Of a stretch of 64,000 bases of DNA, positions 10,201 to 19,510 are shown piece by piece. The translations under genes and the position numbers were made by a program. The stretch spans positions 181,160 through 245,159 of the forward strand of contig JAZJZE010000005.1 in assembly GCA_040390065.1 (NCBI GenBank), given 5' to 3'. This DNA comes from a bacterium. Lineage in GTDB: Archaea; Thermoplasmatota; E2; JACPAO01; JAHFTW01. Each line of letters begins with the position of its first letter. Within the stretch, counting starts at the first letter, position 1. Below the pieces are notes generated by a model that did no database searches, was not told the DNA's origin, and was given only the letters and a program-made list of their open reading frames with translations.

Positions 10201-10937
10201 TGGGACTTGCATCCGTGCAGCAGGCGGTCGCGACTCTCCTCATGGAGGACACCGTCCGGGAGGCTTGGGTCGTGAATCGTTCCGCCTTTGCGCGCAAGTG
10301 GCGCCTGGCGGGACGCGACGCACGCCTAGTGGCCGGGTTGGACGCACGCGACCTGACGTACTTCGCCGCGCACCGCCGCATCGACCGCATGGCGATGCTC
10401 GCGGCCGAGATGCCCCGCAGCGCAAGGACGCTGGGCGAACGCGGCCTCGGCTCGTATTTCCAGCGTCATCCATACGCCCTCGAGGCGACGGCCGCCGAGA
10501 CCGCGCGCTTTGCCGCATGGGCCGCGCGCCATGCGAAGCCGGCCGTCGCGGACCTGGTCCGCTTCGAGATGGCGCAAGCGCGCTTGCGACGCGCCCGCCC
10601 CCGCGCCGCCGCCGCGTCCGTCCACCCGACGCGCGCGCCCGGGGTCGTCCTGCTGCGCCTTGCGCACAGGGTCGACGGCACGCGTCTCCGGCCGGCCAGC
10701 CCGACGTTCTATGGATTGCGGCGACTCTCGGACGAAGTCGCCTGGTTCCGGTACGGCGCCTTGGAGGAAACGCTGCTGCGGACCGCCAACGGCCGGACCG
10801 GCGAAGCGGCATGGTTGCGGCGCGCGGCGAGTGAATGTGACATGGCCATTTCGGCTGCGCGGGCGGCGGCGCGTGAACTGCGCACCGTCGCACTCTTGTG
10901 TCCAACCACGCACAAACGCCAAGGCCCCGCCAGATAA
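10200..10937 (+). CDS. MNIO partner protein (DUF2063-like)
   Basis: TGATG coupling to DUF692. MPRSARTLG…YFQRHP…ETARFAAW…VADLVRFE resembles DUF2063-type partners. Confidence 0.7.
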   Translation: MGLASVQQAVATLLMEDTVREAWVVNRSAFARKWRLAGRDARLVAGLDARDLTYFAAHRRIDRMAMLAAEMPRSARTLGERGLGSYFQRHPYALEATAAETARFAAWAARHAKPAVADLVRFEMAQARLRRARPRAAAASVHPTRAPGVVLLRLAHRVDGTRLRPASPTFYGLRRLSDEVAWFRYGALEETLLRTANGRTGEAAWLRRAASECDMAISAARAAARELRTVALLCPTTHKRQGPAR

Positions 10938-10983
10938 GCCTTCGCAGCCGCGCTTAAAGGAGACCACGGCCAAACCTCGGGCC

Positions 10984-12108
10984 ATGCAGACGGAACAGCT
11001 TTGCTGGTCCCCCCAGACCGGCTGGAGCCCCCGCGAAGCCGCCCTGAAGCCGAACCTTGTCCTCGTCTTTGGCAGCCCATCCGCGATGTCCCGCGACGGC
11101 GCCTTCGAGGAATTGCGCCGGCTCTACCCCGACGCCCACCTCGTCGGCTGTTCGACGGCCGGGGAGATTGCCGGCACGCATGTCATGGACGATTCGCTCG
11201 TGGCGACGGCGGTCCGCTTCAAGAAGGCCCACGTGGAAGTCGCACGCGTCAACCTGCGCGATGGCCAGTCGAACGAGGACCTCGGCGCGGCGCTTGCGAC
11301 CAAGCTCCCGAAGGACGGACTGGCGCATGTCCTCGTCTTCTCCGACGGCACCCATGTCAATGGCAGCAGCCTCGTGAAAGGCATGCTTGCGAAATTGCCG
11401 GCCGGCGTGCAAGTGACTGGCGGCCTTGCCGGCGACGGCGCGCGCTTCCAGCAGACGTTCGTCATGGCCGACGCAAGGGCCGCCGACCGGAGCGTCACGG
11501 CCATCGGATTCTACGGCGCGGACTTGCACATCGGCTACGGCAGCCTCGGCGGCTGGGACTCGTTCGGCCCGATTCGCATGGTGACCAAATCCAAGGGCAA
11601 CGTCCTCTACGAACTGGACGGCCAGCCGGCCCTCACGCTCTACAAGAGATACCTGGGCGAACACGCGGCGGCGTTGCCTGCGGCAGGTCTTCTTTTCCCC
11701 CTCAACATCACCTCCAACGGCGGTCCGAGCCTGACGCGCACCATCCTGGCGGTCGACGAGGCAGCGCAGACCATGACCTTCGCGGGGGACATCCCGCAGG
11801 GATCGCGTGCCCAACTCATGAAGGCCAACTTCGACCGCCTCGTCGACGGCGCACACGGCGCGGCGGAGCAGAGCCGTGACCTGCTCGGCGCCGGAGCGGA
11901 ACTGGCGATCCTCATCAGCTGCGTCGGCCGCAAGCTCGTGCTCAAGCAGCGCGTCGAGGAGGAACTGGAAGCGGTGCAGGACGTGCTTGGCCCCAAGGCC
12001 CTCCTGGCCGGTTTCTATTCGTACGGCGAGATTTGCCCGGCAGCACCCCGGGCCAACTGCGAACTGCACAACCAGACCATGACGATCACGACCTTGCGGG
12101 AGACGTGA
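10984..12108 (+). CDS. FIST N/C domain signal transduction protein
   Basis: GCSTAGEI, VTGGLAGD, GNVLYELDGQPAL, ISCVGRK, GFYSYGEI, LHNQTMT. Confidence 0.92.
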   Translation: MQTEQLCWSPQTGWSPREAALKPNLVLVFGSPSAMSRDGAFEELRRLYPDAHLVGCSTAGEIAGTHVMDDSLVATAVRFKKAHVEVARVNLRDGQSNEDLGAALATKLPKDGLAHVLVFSDGTHVNGSSLVKGMLAKLPAGVQVTGGLAGDGARFQQTFVMADARAADRSVTAIGFYGADLHIGYGSLGGWDSFGPIRMVTKSKGNVLYELDGQPALTLYKRYLGEHAAALPAAGLLFPLNITSNGGPSLTRTILAVDEAAQTMTFAGDIPQGSRAQLMKANFDRLVDGAHGAAEQSRDLLGAGAELAILISCVGRKLVLKQRVEEELEAVQDVLGPKALLAGFYSYGEICPAAPRANCELHNQTMTITTLRET

Positions 12109-12192
12109 CGGCCATGCCAGAGGTGGCGTGCGCCGGCTCGTCGCCTGGCCGCGACCTCATGCGCTTTTGGCCGGGCGACCAGTGAGGTCAAC

Positions 12193-14058
12193 GTGCACAA
12201 GCTTCTCGAGCGTCAACTCAAGAAGCACTTCGGCAGCCTGGAGGCAGTGCCGGCCGACCTTGCGCCGGTCCTCGACCAGATTGACCGCTCCTACACGGAA
12301 GCCGACGCCGACCGGCGGCTGGTCGAGCGGTCCCTCGAACTCACGTCCGGCGAACTCCTCGAGCGCAATTCCGCCCTCACGGCCGAACTGGAAAACCGGA
12401 CCTACACGGAGAGCTTGCGCTCGGCCATCCTGGACTCGGCGCTCGACTGCATCATCCTCATGGACCAGCAAGGTATCGTGCGCGAATTCAACCCGGCCGC
12501 CCAGCGGACCTTCGGATTCACGAGGGAACAAGCCGTTGGCAAGCGGCTGGCCGAGCTCATCATCCCGGAGAAGTACCGCGCGGCCCATTCAGCTGGGCTG
12601 CAGAAGTACCTCGCCACCGGCGACGGACCGGTCCTGCACAAGCGCATCGAGATCGTGGGTCTGCGCGCCGACGGGAGCGAGATTCCTGTCGAGCTTGCCA
12701 TCATCCCATTCAAGGCGGCTGGGCAGGCCATGTTCGCCGGATACCTTCGCGACCTGTCCGACCGGATGAGGGCCCAGGAAGAGATCCGCCGCCGTACCGC
12801 CACCGTGCAGCTCCTGCAGCAGGTGCCGCTCTTGGCCAACGAGGCGGATTCCATGGACGAGGCGGCCCGGCTGTGCCTCGAAAAGGTCTGCGAGTACACC
12901 GGCTGGCCTGTGGGCCACGCCTACTTCGTCAACGAGGCGGACACCGAGATGACGTCGCATGGCGTCTGGCGTTTGCCGCCGGGCCTCGAGTTCGAAGCCT
13001 TCCGTACGGTGACGGAGGCGACGACGCTTGGGCCGGGTATCGGCCTTCCGGGGCGCGTGTGGGAGAGCCGCAAGCCCGCGTGGATTCCGGACGTGATGAA
13101 GGACAACAACTTCCCGCGCGCCACGCGGGCCCAGGCCATCGGCGTGCACAGCGCCTTCGGCATCCCTGTCCTGGTGGGTCACCGCGTGCTCGTCGTCCTG
13201 GAGTTCTTCTCCGACCACATCCGCGAGCCCGACGAGGAACTCCTGACCGTCATGGCCAACGTGGGCGAACAGCTTGGCCGCGTCCTCGAGCGCCGCCGGG
13301 CGGAAGCCGAACTCAAGGCCGCCTACCAGCAGTTGCAGGAGGTGGACCGCGCACGCATCCAGTTCATCAACACCGCCGCCCATGAGTTGGGCACACCCCT
13401 GACGCCGATCAAGCTGCAAGTGGAGATGGTGAAGAACCGCCTGGACGCCCACGCCGAACCGCAGCAACGCAAGAGCGTCGAGATCCTGGAGCGAAACGTC
13501 AGCCGCCTGTCCCACCTCGTGAAGGACCTCCTTGACTCGGCCCGCCTGCAGACCGGCCAGCTCCAAGTCGTGCCGCAGACCCTGGACATCCACCAGGAAG
13601 CCGAACGCGCCGTCGAAGCCTACCGGCAGCCCGCCGCCGCAGCCGGCGTCCGCTTGACCCTTGCCCCGGGACGCCCCATGGCAATCCTGGCGGACGTGCG
13701 GCGCATCGGACAGGTCCTCGACAACCTCCTCTCCAACGCCGTGAAGTTCACTCCGCACGGCGGTGCGGTCCGCGTCGACGTGGAACGCACCGGCTCCTTC
13801 GCCCGAGTTTCGGTGCGTGATGGCGGCATTGGCCTGCGGCCCGATGCCATCGCCAAACTTTTCCAACCTTTCAGCCAGGTGCACGACACGATGCAGATCA
13901 CGCAGCCTGGCACGGGCCTCGGGTTGTACATCAGCAAGGGCATCGTCGAGGCCTTGGGTGGCGACGTCGGCTGCACCTCTCCCGGTCTCGGCAAAGGGTC
14001 GACGTTCTGGTTCACGCTGCGCCTCGCCGACCAAACCGCCGCCGCCAATCCCAAATGA
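12193..14058 (+). CDS. PAS-GAF sensor histidine kinase
   Basis: PAS (FNPAAQRTFG…RADGSEIPVEL), GAF (GLPGRVW), H-box AAHELGTPL, N-box NLLSNAVKFT, GTGLGLYI. Confidence 0.93.
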   Translation: MHKLLERQLKKHFGSLEAVPADLAPVLDQIDRSYTEADADRRLVERSLELTSGELLERNSALTAELENRTYTESLRSAILDSALDCIILMDQQGIVREFNPAAQRTFGFTREQAVGKRLAELIIPEKYRAAHSAGLQKYLATGDGPVLHKRIEIVGLRADGSEIPVELAIIPFKAAGQAMFAGYLRDLSDRMRAQEEIRRRTATVQLLQQVPLLANEADSMDEAARLCLEKVCEYTGWPVGHAYFVNEADTEMTSHGVWRLPPGLEFEAFRTVTEATTLGPGIGLPGRVWESRKPAWIPDVMKDNNFPRATRAQAIGVHSAFGIPVLVGHRVLVVLEFFSDHIREPDEELLTVMANVGEQLGRVLERRRAEAELKAAYQQLQEVDRARIQFINTAAHELGTPLTPIKLQVEMVKNRLDAHAEPQQRKSVEILERNVSRLSHLVKDLLDSARLQTGQLQVVPQTLDIHQEAERAVEAYRQPAAAAGVRLTLAPGRPMAILADVRRIGQVLDNLLSNAVKFTPHGGAVRVDVERTGSFARVSVRDGGIGLRPDAIAKLFQPFSQVHDTMQITQPGTGLGLYISKGIVEALGGDVGCTSPGLGKGSTFWFTLRLADQTAAANPK

Positions 14059-14129
14059 CCCCTCATCGGCATCCTTAACCGCCGCGGCCGTCAGGGGAAC
14101 CCAAGTCAGAACGGATCGCGTTCATGGCC

Positions 14130-14291
14130 GCGGAAGGGGTCGCCCCCTGGAGATCCTCCAGACGACCTTCCGCTGCGGGGTCGGGCCACAAGCCCGGCCC
14201 GCTGGTCTTGCCAACAAGGCCATTGCACCCGGAGCCGGCAAGGCCGGACCACCGAGTGGGTTCGGGCGACGACAACATTCCGCCCGGCCCA
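14130..14291 (+). promoter_or_regulatory. structured 5' leader (five consecutive hairpins) of DEAD-box helicase
   Basis: Stems at 14130-14173, 14175-14202, 14203-14222, 14235-14247 and 14257-14291; TATA-like ccttaac at ~14093. Confidence 0.55.
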
Positions 14292-14301
14292 AGTGAACAC
14301 C

Positions 14302-15576
14302 ATGCAGACATTCAACGCATTCAGCCTTAGCCCCGGCACCCTCGACGCCGTGGCCGCCATGGGCTACGAAACGCCCAGCCCCATCCAACAGCAAGCCATC
14401 CCGCCCCTCCTGCAGGGACGAGACGTGCTCGGCCAGGCCCGCACGGGCACCGGCAAGACGGCCGCCTTCGGCATCCCGATGGTGGAAAAACTGCGCACCG
14501 TCGTGAACGGCGGCATCGCCGCCCTCGTCCTCGTCCCCACGCGCGAACTCGCGCTGCAGGTCACCGAGGAGATCCTGGCCATCGCCAAGGCGTCGCCCAT
14601 CCGGGTCATCCCCATCTACGGCGGCGTCGGCCTCGGCCGCCAGACCGACGAGTTGCGGCGCGCCGGCACCCAGATCGTCGTCGCGACACCGGGCCGCCTG
14701 CTCGACCACTTGCAGCAGGGCAACGCCCGCCTCGACAAGATCAAGATCCTCATCCTCGACGAGGCAGACCGCATGCTCGACATGGGTTTCCTGCCGGACA
14801 TGGAGCGCGTCCTTCGCGCCGTCCCCCCCGTGCGCCAGACGGCGCTCTTCTCGGCGACGGTCCCGGAGCCCATCCGCAAGCTGTCCGCCCGATTCCTCAA
14901 GGACCCGTTCTCGGTCAAGGTGGAAGCCGGCCCGGCCGCCACTCCCCTGGCGGAGCAGTTCAAGATCCACTGCGAGAAGTCGCAGAAGACGCGCGCCCTG
15001 CTTGCCCTCCTGGCGAAGGAGAAGCCGGAACGCGCCATCGTCTTCTGCCGCACCAAGCACTTGGCCAAGCGCCTGGCCCGGCAACTCGCCGGCACCGGCC
15101 TCTCGGCCGTCGCCTTGCAGGGCAACATGAGCCAGAACCAGCGCGAACGCGCCATGGAGGATTTCCGGCAGGGCAAGGCAACGCTGCTCATCGCGACCGA
15201 CGTGGCAAGCCGCGGCATCGACGTCCCGGAGATCAGCCACGTCGTCAACTACGACATCCCGACGGTCCCCGAGGACTACGTGCACCGCATCGGCCGCACC
15301 GGCCGCATGGGCCGCACGGGGCGAGCCTTCACGTTCATCCAGAGTGACGAGCACCACGACTTGCGCCTCATCGAACGCACGGCGGGTTCCGCCATGCAGC
15401 CTTTCGACGTCGGCGATTTGCCAGCCGAGCCGCCGATGCCGGTCGTGGCACAAGGCCAAGGAAACCATTCGCGGCGGCCGCACCACGGACGCCCCTCGGG
15501 CCCAGGGCACCACGCCAAGAAGACGCCTCAGAGCGGCGGGCGCGGGCAGTGGCGCGGACCCAGCCGTCGATTCTGA
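14302..15576 (+). CDS. DEAD-box RNA helicase (RhlE/DeaD-like)
   Basis: Q motif, TGTGKT, PTRELA, TPGRL, DEAD, SAT, SRGID, HRIGRTGR. Confidence 0.96.
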   Translation: MQTFNAFSLSPGTLDAVAAMGYETPSPIQQQAIPPLLQGRDVLGQARTGTGKTAAFGIPMVEKLRTVVNGGIAALVLVPTRELALQVTEEILAIAKASPIRVIPIYGGVGLGRQTDELRRAGTQIVVATPGRLLDHLQQGNARLDKIKILILDEADRMLDMGFLPDMERVLRAVPPVRQTALFSATVPEPIRKLSARFLKDPFSVKVEAGPAATPLAEQFKIHCEKSQKTRALLALLAKEKPERAIVFCRTKHLAKRLARQLAGTGLSAVALQGNMSQNQRERAMEDFRQGKATLLIATDVASRGIDVPEISHVVNYDIPTVPEDYVHRIGRTGRMGRTGRAFTFIQSDEHHDLRLIERTAGSAMQPFDVGDLPAEPPMPVVAQGQGNHSRRPHHGRPSGPGHHAKKTPQSGGRGQWRGPSRRF

Positions 15577-15668
15577 CGCCAGGGTAGAAGTTCACGTACC
15601 CTGAACAGGTTCATGCAAAGGGTTCTTGCCGCAAGGCCCCGCTTGCCTAGCCTCTGGAGTCAAGGGCG

Positions 15669-15854
15669 ATGCCACAGTTGTCCACCCATCAGCCACTGCG
15701 CGCCATCTCGTGCGCGCCCGAGTGCGGCTTTCTGATCCGCAGCCACAATGACAAGGAGGTCATGGCCGCGGCAGTCGCGCACGCAAGGACCGCCCACGGC
15801 CGCACCTTCAGCGAGGCCGACGCGCGCAAGATGATGGTGCACGTCAATCCCTGA
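15669..15854 (+). CDS. DUF1059-like small metal-binding protein
   Basis: C…CGFLIRSHNDKEV…HARTAHG pattern. Confidence 0.7.
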   Translation: MPQLSTHQPLRAISCAPECGFLIRSHNDKEVMAAAVAHARTAHGRTFSEADARKMMVHVNP

Positions 15855-15912
15855 CGGCGACCCCGGCGGGCGCCAAGTCCCTTTTCTACGCCCCGACCCT
15901 GCCGGCATCAGC

Positions 15913-16413
15913 ATGGTCGCCGCCGCGAAGAAGTCCATCCAGGTCGCCGTCGTCATGGGCAGCAAGTCCGACTGGGATTCGATGAAGAACGCAGCCGACA
16001 CGCTCGCCGCCTTCGGCATCTCGTACGAGGCCCGGGTCCTCTCGGCGCACCGCGCCCCGCAGGAGTTGCACGCCTGGCTGGCCGGGCTCGCTGCCCGCGG
16101 CTGCAAGGTCGTCATCGCCGGTGCCGGCGGGGCGGCCCACCTCGCCGGCGTCTGCGCGAGCCAAGTCGTCATCCCCGTCATCGGCGTGCCGATGATGACG
16201 AAGTCCCTGGGCGGCATGGATTCCCTGTTGTCGACGGCGCAGATGCCCAAAGGCATCCCGGTGGCCACCGTGGCCATCGGCGACGCCGGCGCAGCCAACG
16301 CCGCCTTCCTTGCCGCGCAGATCCTCGCCCTCTCGGACAAGAAGCTCGCCGCAGCCCTTGCCGCCAAGCGCGCCGACGACCAGGCCAAGATTGCGGCTGA
16401 GCGCCTGGAATGA
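15913..16413 (+). CDS. purE: N5-CAIR mutase
   Basis: VMGSKSD, SAHR, AGAGGAAHLAG, PVIGVP, QMPKGIPVATV. Confidence 0.96.
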   Translation: MVAAAKKSIQVAVVMGSKSDWDSMKNAADTLAAFGISYEARVLSAHRAPQELHAWLAGLAARGCKVVIAGAGGAAHLAGVCASQVVIPVIGVPMMTKSLGGMDSLLSTAQMPKGIPVATVAIGDAGAANAAFLAAQILALSDKKLAAALAAKRADDQAKIAAERLE

Positions 16414-16426
16414 GCGGGGCCTCACA

Positions 16427-17413
16427 ATGACTTCTGGCGTCCGCCCGCCCGACGACGCCGCCATCCTCGAGGCGGCCAAGATCTTGCGCGCCGGGGGCTT
16501 GGTCGTCTTTCCCACCGAGACGGTGTATGGCCTGGGCGCAAACGCCCTCGACCCGAACGCAGTGCGCCGTATCTTCATGGCGAAGGGACGCCCCGCCGAC
16601 AACCCTGTCATCGTGCACGTGCACGACGTGGCCGCTGCACAGCACCTCGTCCGTGCATGGCCCGCCCTCGCGCAGCGGCTGGCCGACGCATTCTGGCCTG
16701 GCCCGCTCAGCCTCATCCTGCCGCGCGCCGATGTCGTGCCGGCCAGCATCTCGGGCGGCCTCGATTCCGTCGCCATCCGAATCCCACGCCACCCCGCGGC
16801 CCAGGCCCTGCTACGCGAAGCAAACCTGCCCGTCGCCGCGCCAAGCGCCAACAAGTCGGGACGGCCAAGCCCGACGCGGGTGCAGGACGCCATGGCTGAC
16901 CTCGGCGACAAGGTGCAACTCTACCTGGACGGGGGCCCGACGGACGTCGGCGTCGAATCCACGGTGGTCTCCCTGCTGGGACCGAAACCCGTCATCCTGC
17001 GGCCGGGCGGCATCACGCGGGAGGCCATCGAAGCCGTCGTCGGACCCGTGGACGTGCCTGCGCCGCGTGGCCCCACGACCGACGTCGTCGTGTCGCCCGG
17101 AATGAAGTACCGGCACTACGCGCCCAAGGCCCACCTCATCGTCGTGGACGCTGACCGGCTGCACCGCGAATGGGACAAGCTGCGCGGCCACGCCACGAAG
17201 GCGCATGTCATCGCCAGCAAGGAGTCGCGGCTTGCCGGAGTCGACGTGACCACCCTGGCATCACGCAACGACGGTGCCGCTTGGGCCCGCGGACTGTTCT
17301 CGCTGCTTCGCGACCTCGACGCCAAGGGCGTGCAGGTCATCCTCGTCGAGGCCATCCCTGAGAAGGGACTTGGCGTGGCCGTGATGAACCGCCTGCGCAA
17401 GGCCGCCGAGTGA
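16427..17413 (+). CDS. sua5: L-threonylcarbamoyladenylate synthase (Sua5)
   Basis: FPTETVYGLG, KGRPADNP, FWPGPL, APSANKSGRPSPT, SPGMKYRHYAP, AVMNRLRKAA. Confidence 0.95.
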   Translation: MTSGVRPPDDAAILEAAKILRAGGLVVFPTETVYGLGANALDPNAVRRIFMAKGRPADNPVIVHVHDVAAAQHLVRAWPALAQRLADAFWPGPLSLILPRADVVPASISGGLDSVAIRIPRHPAAQALLREANLPVAAPSANKSGRPSPTRVQDAMADLGDKVQLYLDGGPTDVGVESTVVSLLGPKPVILRPGGITREAIEAVVGPVDVPAPRGPTTDVVVSPGMKYRHYAPKAHLIVVDADRLHREWDKLRGHATKAHVIASKESRLAGVDVTTLASRNDGAAWARGLFSLLRDLDAKGVQVILVEAIPEKGLGVAVMNRLRKAAE

Positions 17414-18988
17414 TCAGAGGCCCGGCAGGCCGCGCAGCCGTTCCGCCATGACGCCCATCGCCGTCGCCGTCTCCATGCTGATCCCGCGGCCCGTCAACTC
17501 CAGGTGCGCAGGCGCGACGCGCAGCAGCGAAGCAGGCAGGCCACGCTTGCCCAAACCCATGACGAGACAGACGTGCGTCGCTCCGGCGGCGCGCGCGGCG
17601 GACGCCGCATCGGCGAGGGCCATGCCTTTCCCCGGAGCCGGCTGCGACGTCGTCGCGACGGGAAAACCGAGCCGTGTCCAGTCGGTCGGCGGTTCCTTCG
17701 TCGTGCATGGGACGAGCAGGACTCGGCCGGCGCGCACCAGGTCTTCGAGGTAGCGGCCGCCTTCGCCGATGTTGGTGTCCGCCACGGCCTGGGCGGCGAC
17801 AGCGCGCACGTCGCTCGCCGGAAAGCCGAGGAGGGCGAGGTCAAGGTCGAATGCCATGCAGAGAGGGGCTGCCCGCGCAATCGCGCGCAAGTGGACATCC
17901 TTCAAGCCGCCCTCGTAGGTATCGTACAGAGCCAAGACGTGGCGCGTGACGGCGGCGGGCGCGGCGGCTGGCAGAGGCCTTTCCGTCTGCACGGTCGCGT
18001 TGGCTGGTCCCGGGCCGGAGGTCGTGGGCGCGGCCGCTTTCCCGCCAAGGCGCTGCAGGCCAGTCCTGAGGTTTGCCTCGATTGCTTGCCGCGCCTGAGG
18101 ATCGGTCACATCGGGCACCAGGGCGAGACCCTCCTCCAGCCAGGACCTCGCCTGGACGGCGTCGCGCAGCCGGTCGGCACGTCCGCCTGAAGCGGCGAGA
18201 AGACGGACCCGCGTTTCCACGTCGAGGTCGGCGGCGGCCCCGGCGATGCGATGCAACGCGGCCACCGACTCGGCGGATGCGACGAGACTGCGCAAGACGT
18301 CCAAGCGCACGGCAGGGTCGTCGACGCGCCGGGCGCTCGCCAAGGAGTGCTCCAGGATGGCCGACGCATGGGACGGGTCGTGAGCGGCGACGTGGTGGTG
18401 CAAGGCGCCAAGCAGGCGGGCCCGCAACGCGGCATCCGGGACGCCGCGCAGCACATCCACGACGGACGCGGCCGCCCCGGCGTCGGCGGCCGCCTTTGCC
18501 ACGGCCTTGCCGCCGTCGAGCTCGAAACCCTGGTTGGCCAGCGCCATGTGGAGGAGGTCGGGGAGACGCTCGACGGGACAACTGTCGGCGACGTCCTGGA
18601 TGGCCGAGGCAAGCGACTGCCCCGGCGGCATGGCCATGGCCAGGTCCACGATTCCGTCCAGGAAGCGGGTGCGAGCTGGCGCGGCGGACGGCCCCTCCCG
18701 CCACTTGGCGCCCCGCTTGGCCAGATGCCCCAAGAGTTCGGCCTTGCGAAATCCCCGGTCGACCTTTGCCGCGCGCTTGAGGATGTCATCCAGGATCAGC
18801 GCCGCCTTGTCGCCGCTCAGGCGCCGGTCCATGCTGAGCGCCATCAGGGCCTCGGCGGCAAAGGACGGGTCGGCGATGGTTCCCGCCTCTTCCAGCAATT
18901 CGCGCAGGGGTCGGCCGCGACCGGACTTGGCTTCCTGGATGAGGGCCCGCGCTTGGCTCGGGGGGTGCGGTCGCGGGGGGGAGGCCAT
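17414..18988 (-). CDS. DUF531 (SPOUT-like) domain fused to long N-terminal alpha-helical repeat region
   Basis: C-terminal LALYDTY…HLRAIARAAPLCMAFD…IGEGGRYL…ATTSQP…GLGKRGLP…LELTGRGISMETATAMG; ~320 Ala/Leu-rich helical residues N-terminally. Confidence 0.75.
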   Translation of the reverse strand: MASPPRPHPPSQARALIQEAKSGRGRPLRELLEEAGTIADPSFAAEALMALSMDRRLSGDKAALILDDILKRAAKVDRGFRKAELLGHLAKRGAKWREGPSAAPARTRFLDGIVDLAMAMPPGQSLASAIQDVADSCPVERLPDLLHMALANQGFELDGGKAVAKAAADAGAAASVVDVLRGVPDAALRARLLGALHHHVAAHDPSHASAILEHSLASARRVDDPAVRLDVLRSLVASAESVAALHRIAGAAADLDVETRVRLLAASGGRADRLRDAVQARSWLEEGLALVPDVTDPQARQAIEANLRTGLQRLGGKAAAPTTSGPGPANATVQTERPLPAAAPAAVTRHVLALYDTYEGGLKDVHLRAIARAAPLCMAFDLDLALLGFPASDVRAVAAQAVADTNIGEGGRYLEDLVRAGRVLLVPCTTKEPPTDWTRLGFPVATTSQPAPGKGMALADAASAARAAGATHVCLVMGLGKRGLPASLLRVAPAHLELTGRGISMETATAMGVMAERLRGLPGL

Positions 18989-19148
18989 GGAGTTTGCAGC
19001 CGCCACCCGGTGAAAAGCTCGCAGGCGGCCGTCCTGGCGTCAAGCCCGCGAAAGCACGCACCTTCGCCATGGTTGTCCGCGGCTTTGGCCGGCCCGACCG
19101 TTGCGCATGTGCCAAACCTTTTTTGCTCGCCGAGTGGACGTAGGGCTC

Positions 19149-19397
19149 ATGCCCCTGCGAAAGCGGGTCAATACGGGCCTCGACGCGGTCCTCGCGCCGG
19201 AGGCCCCGTTCGTCTACCTGCATCGGCCAGCGCCACATCCCTCTCCCGCGGAGCCGCCGCCCCAGCCGCCCGCGCCCCAGGAGGCGATTCCCCTTGCGAC
19301 GTTCGAGACCATCATCGACTGCCTCCCCGAGGAGCCCGATGGGCCAACACCGGAGGCCGTTGCGGCATCCGCCCTGGAGACGTCGGGCCCTCCGTGA
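19149..19397 (+). CDS. small Pro-rich hypothetical protein
   Basis: Fills an intergenic gap; no recognisable motif. Confidence 0.35.
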   Translation: MPLRKRVNTGLDAVLAPEAPFVYLHRPAPHPSPAEPPPQPPAPQEAIPLATFETIIDCLPEEPDGPTPEAVAASALETSGPP

Positions 19398-19510
19398 TAC
19401 CCGGCCGCGCGTGTTGCCACCCGGCTTCGGCCGACCTGCGTTGAAATCCTTGCCTGCCCCTCCTCTTATACGTCCACATGCATAGAATAGGGCTGTTGAA
19501 GCCCCACGTG

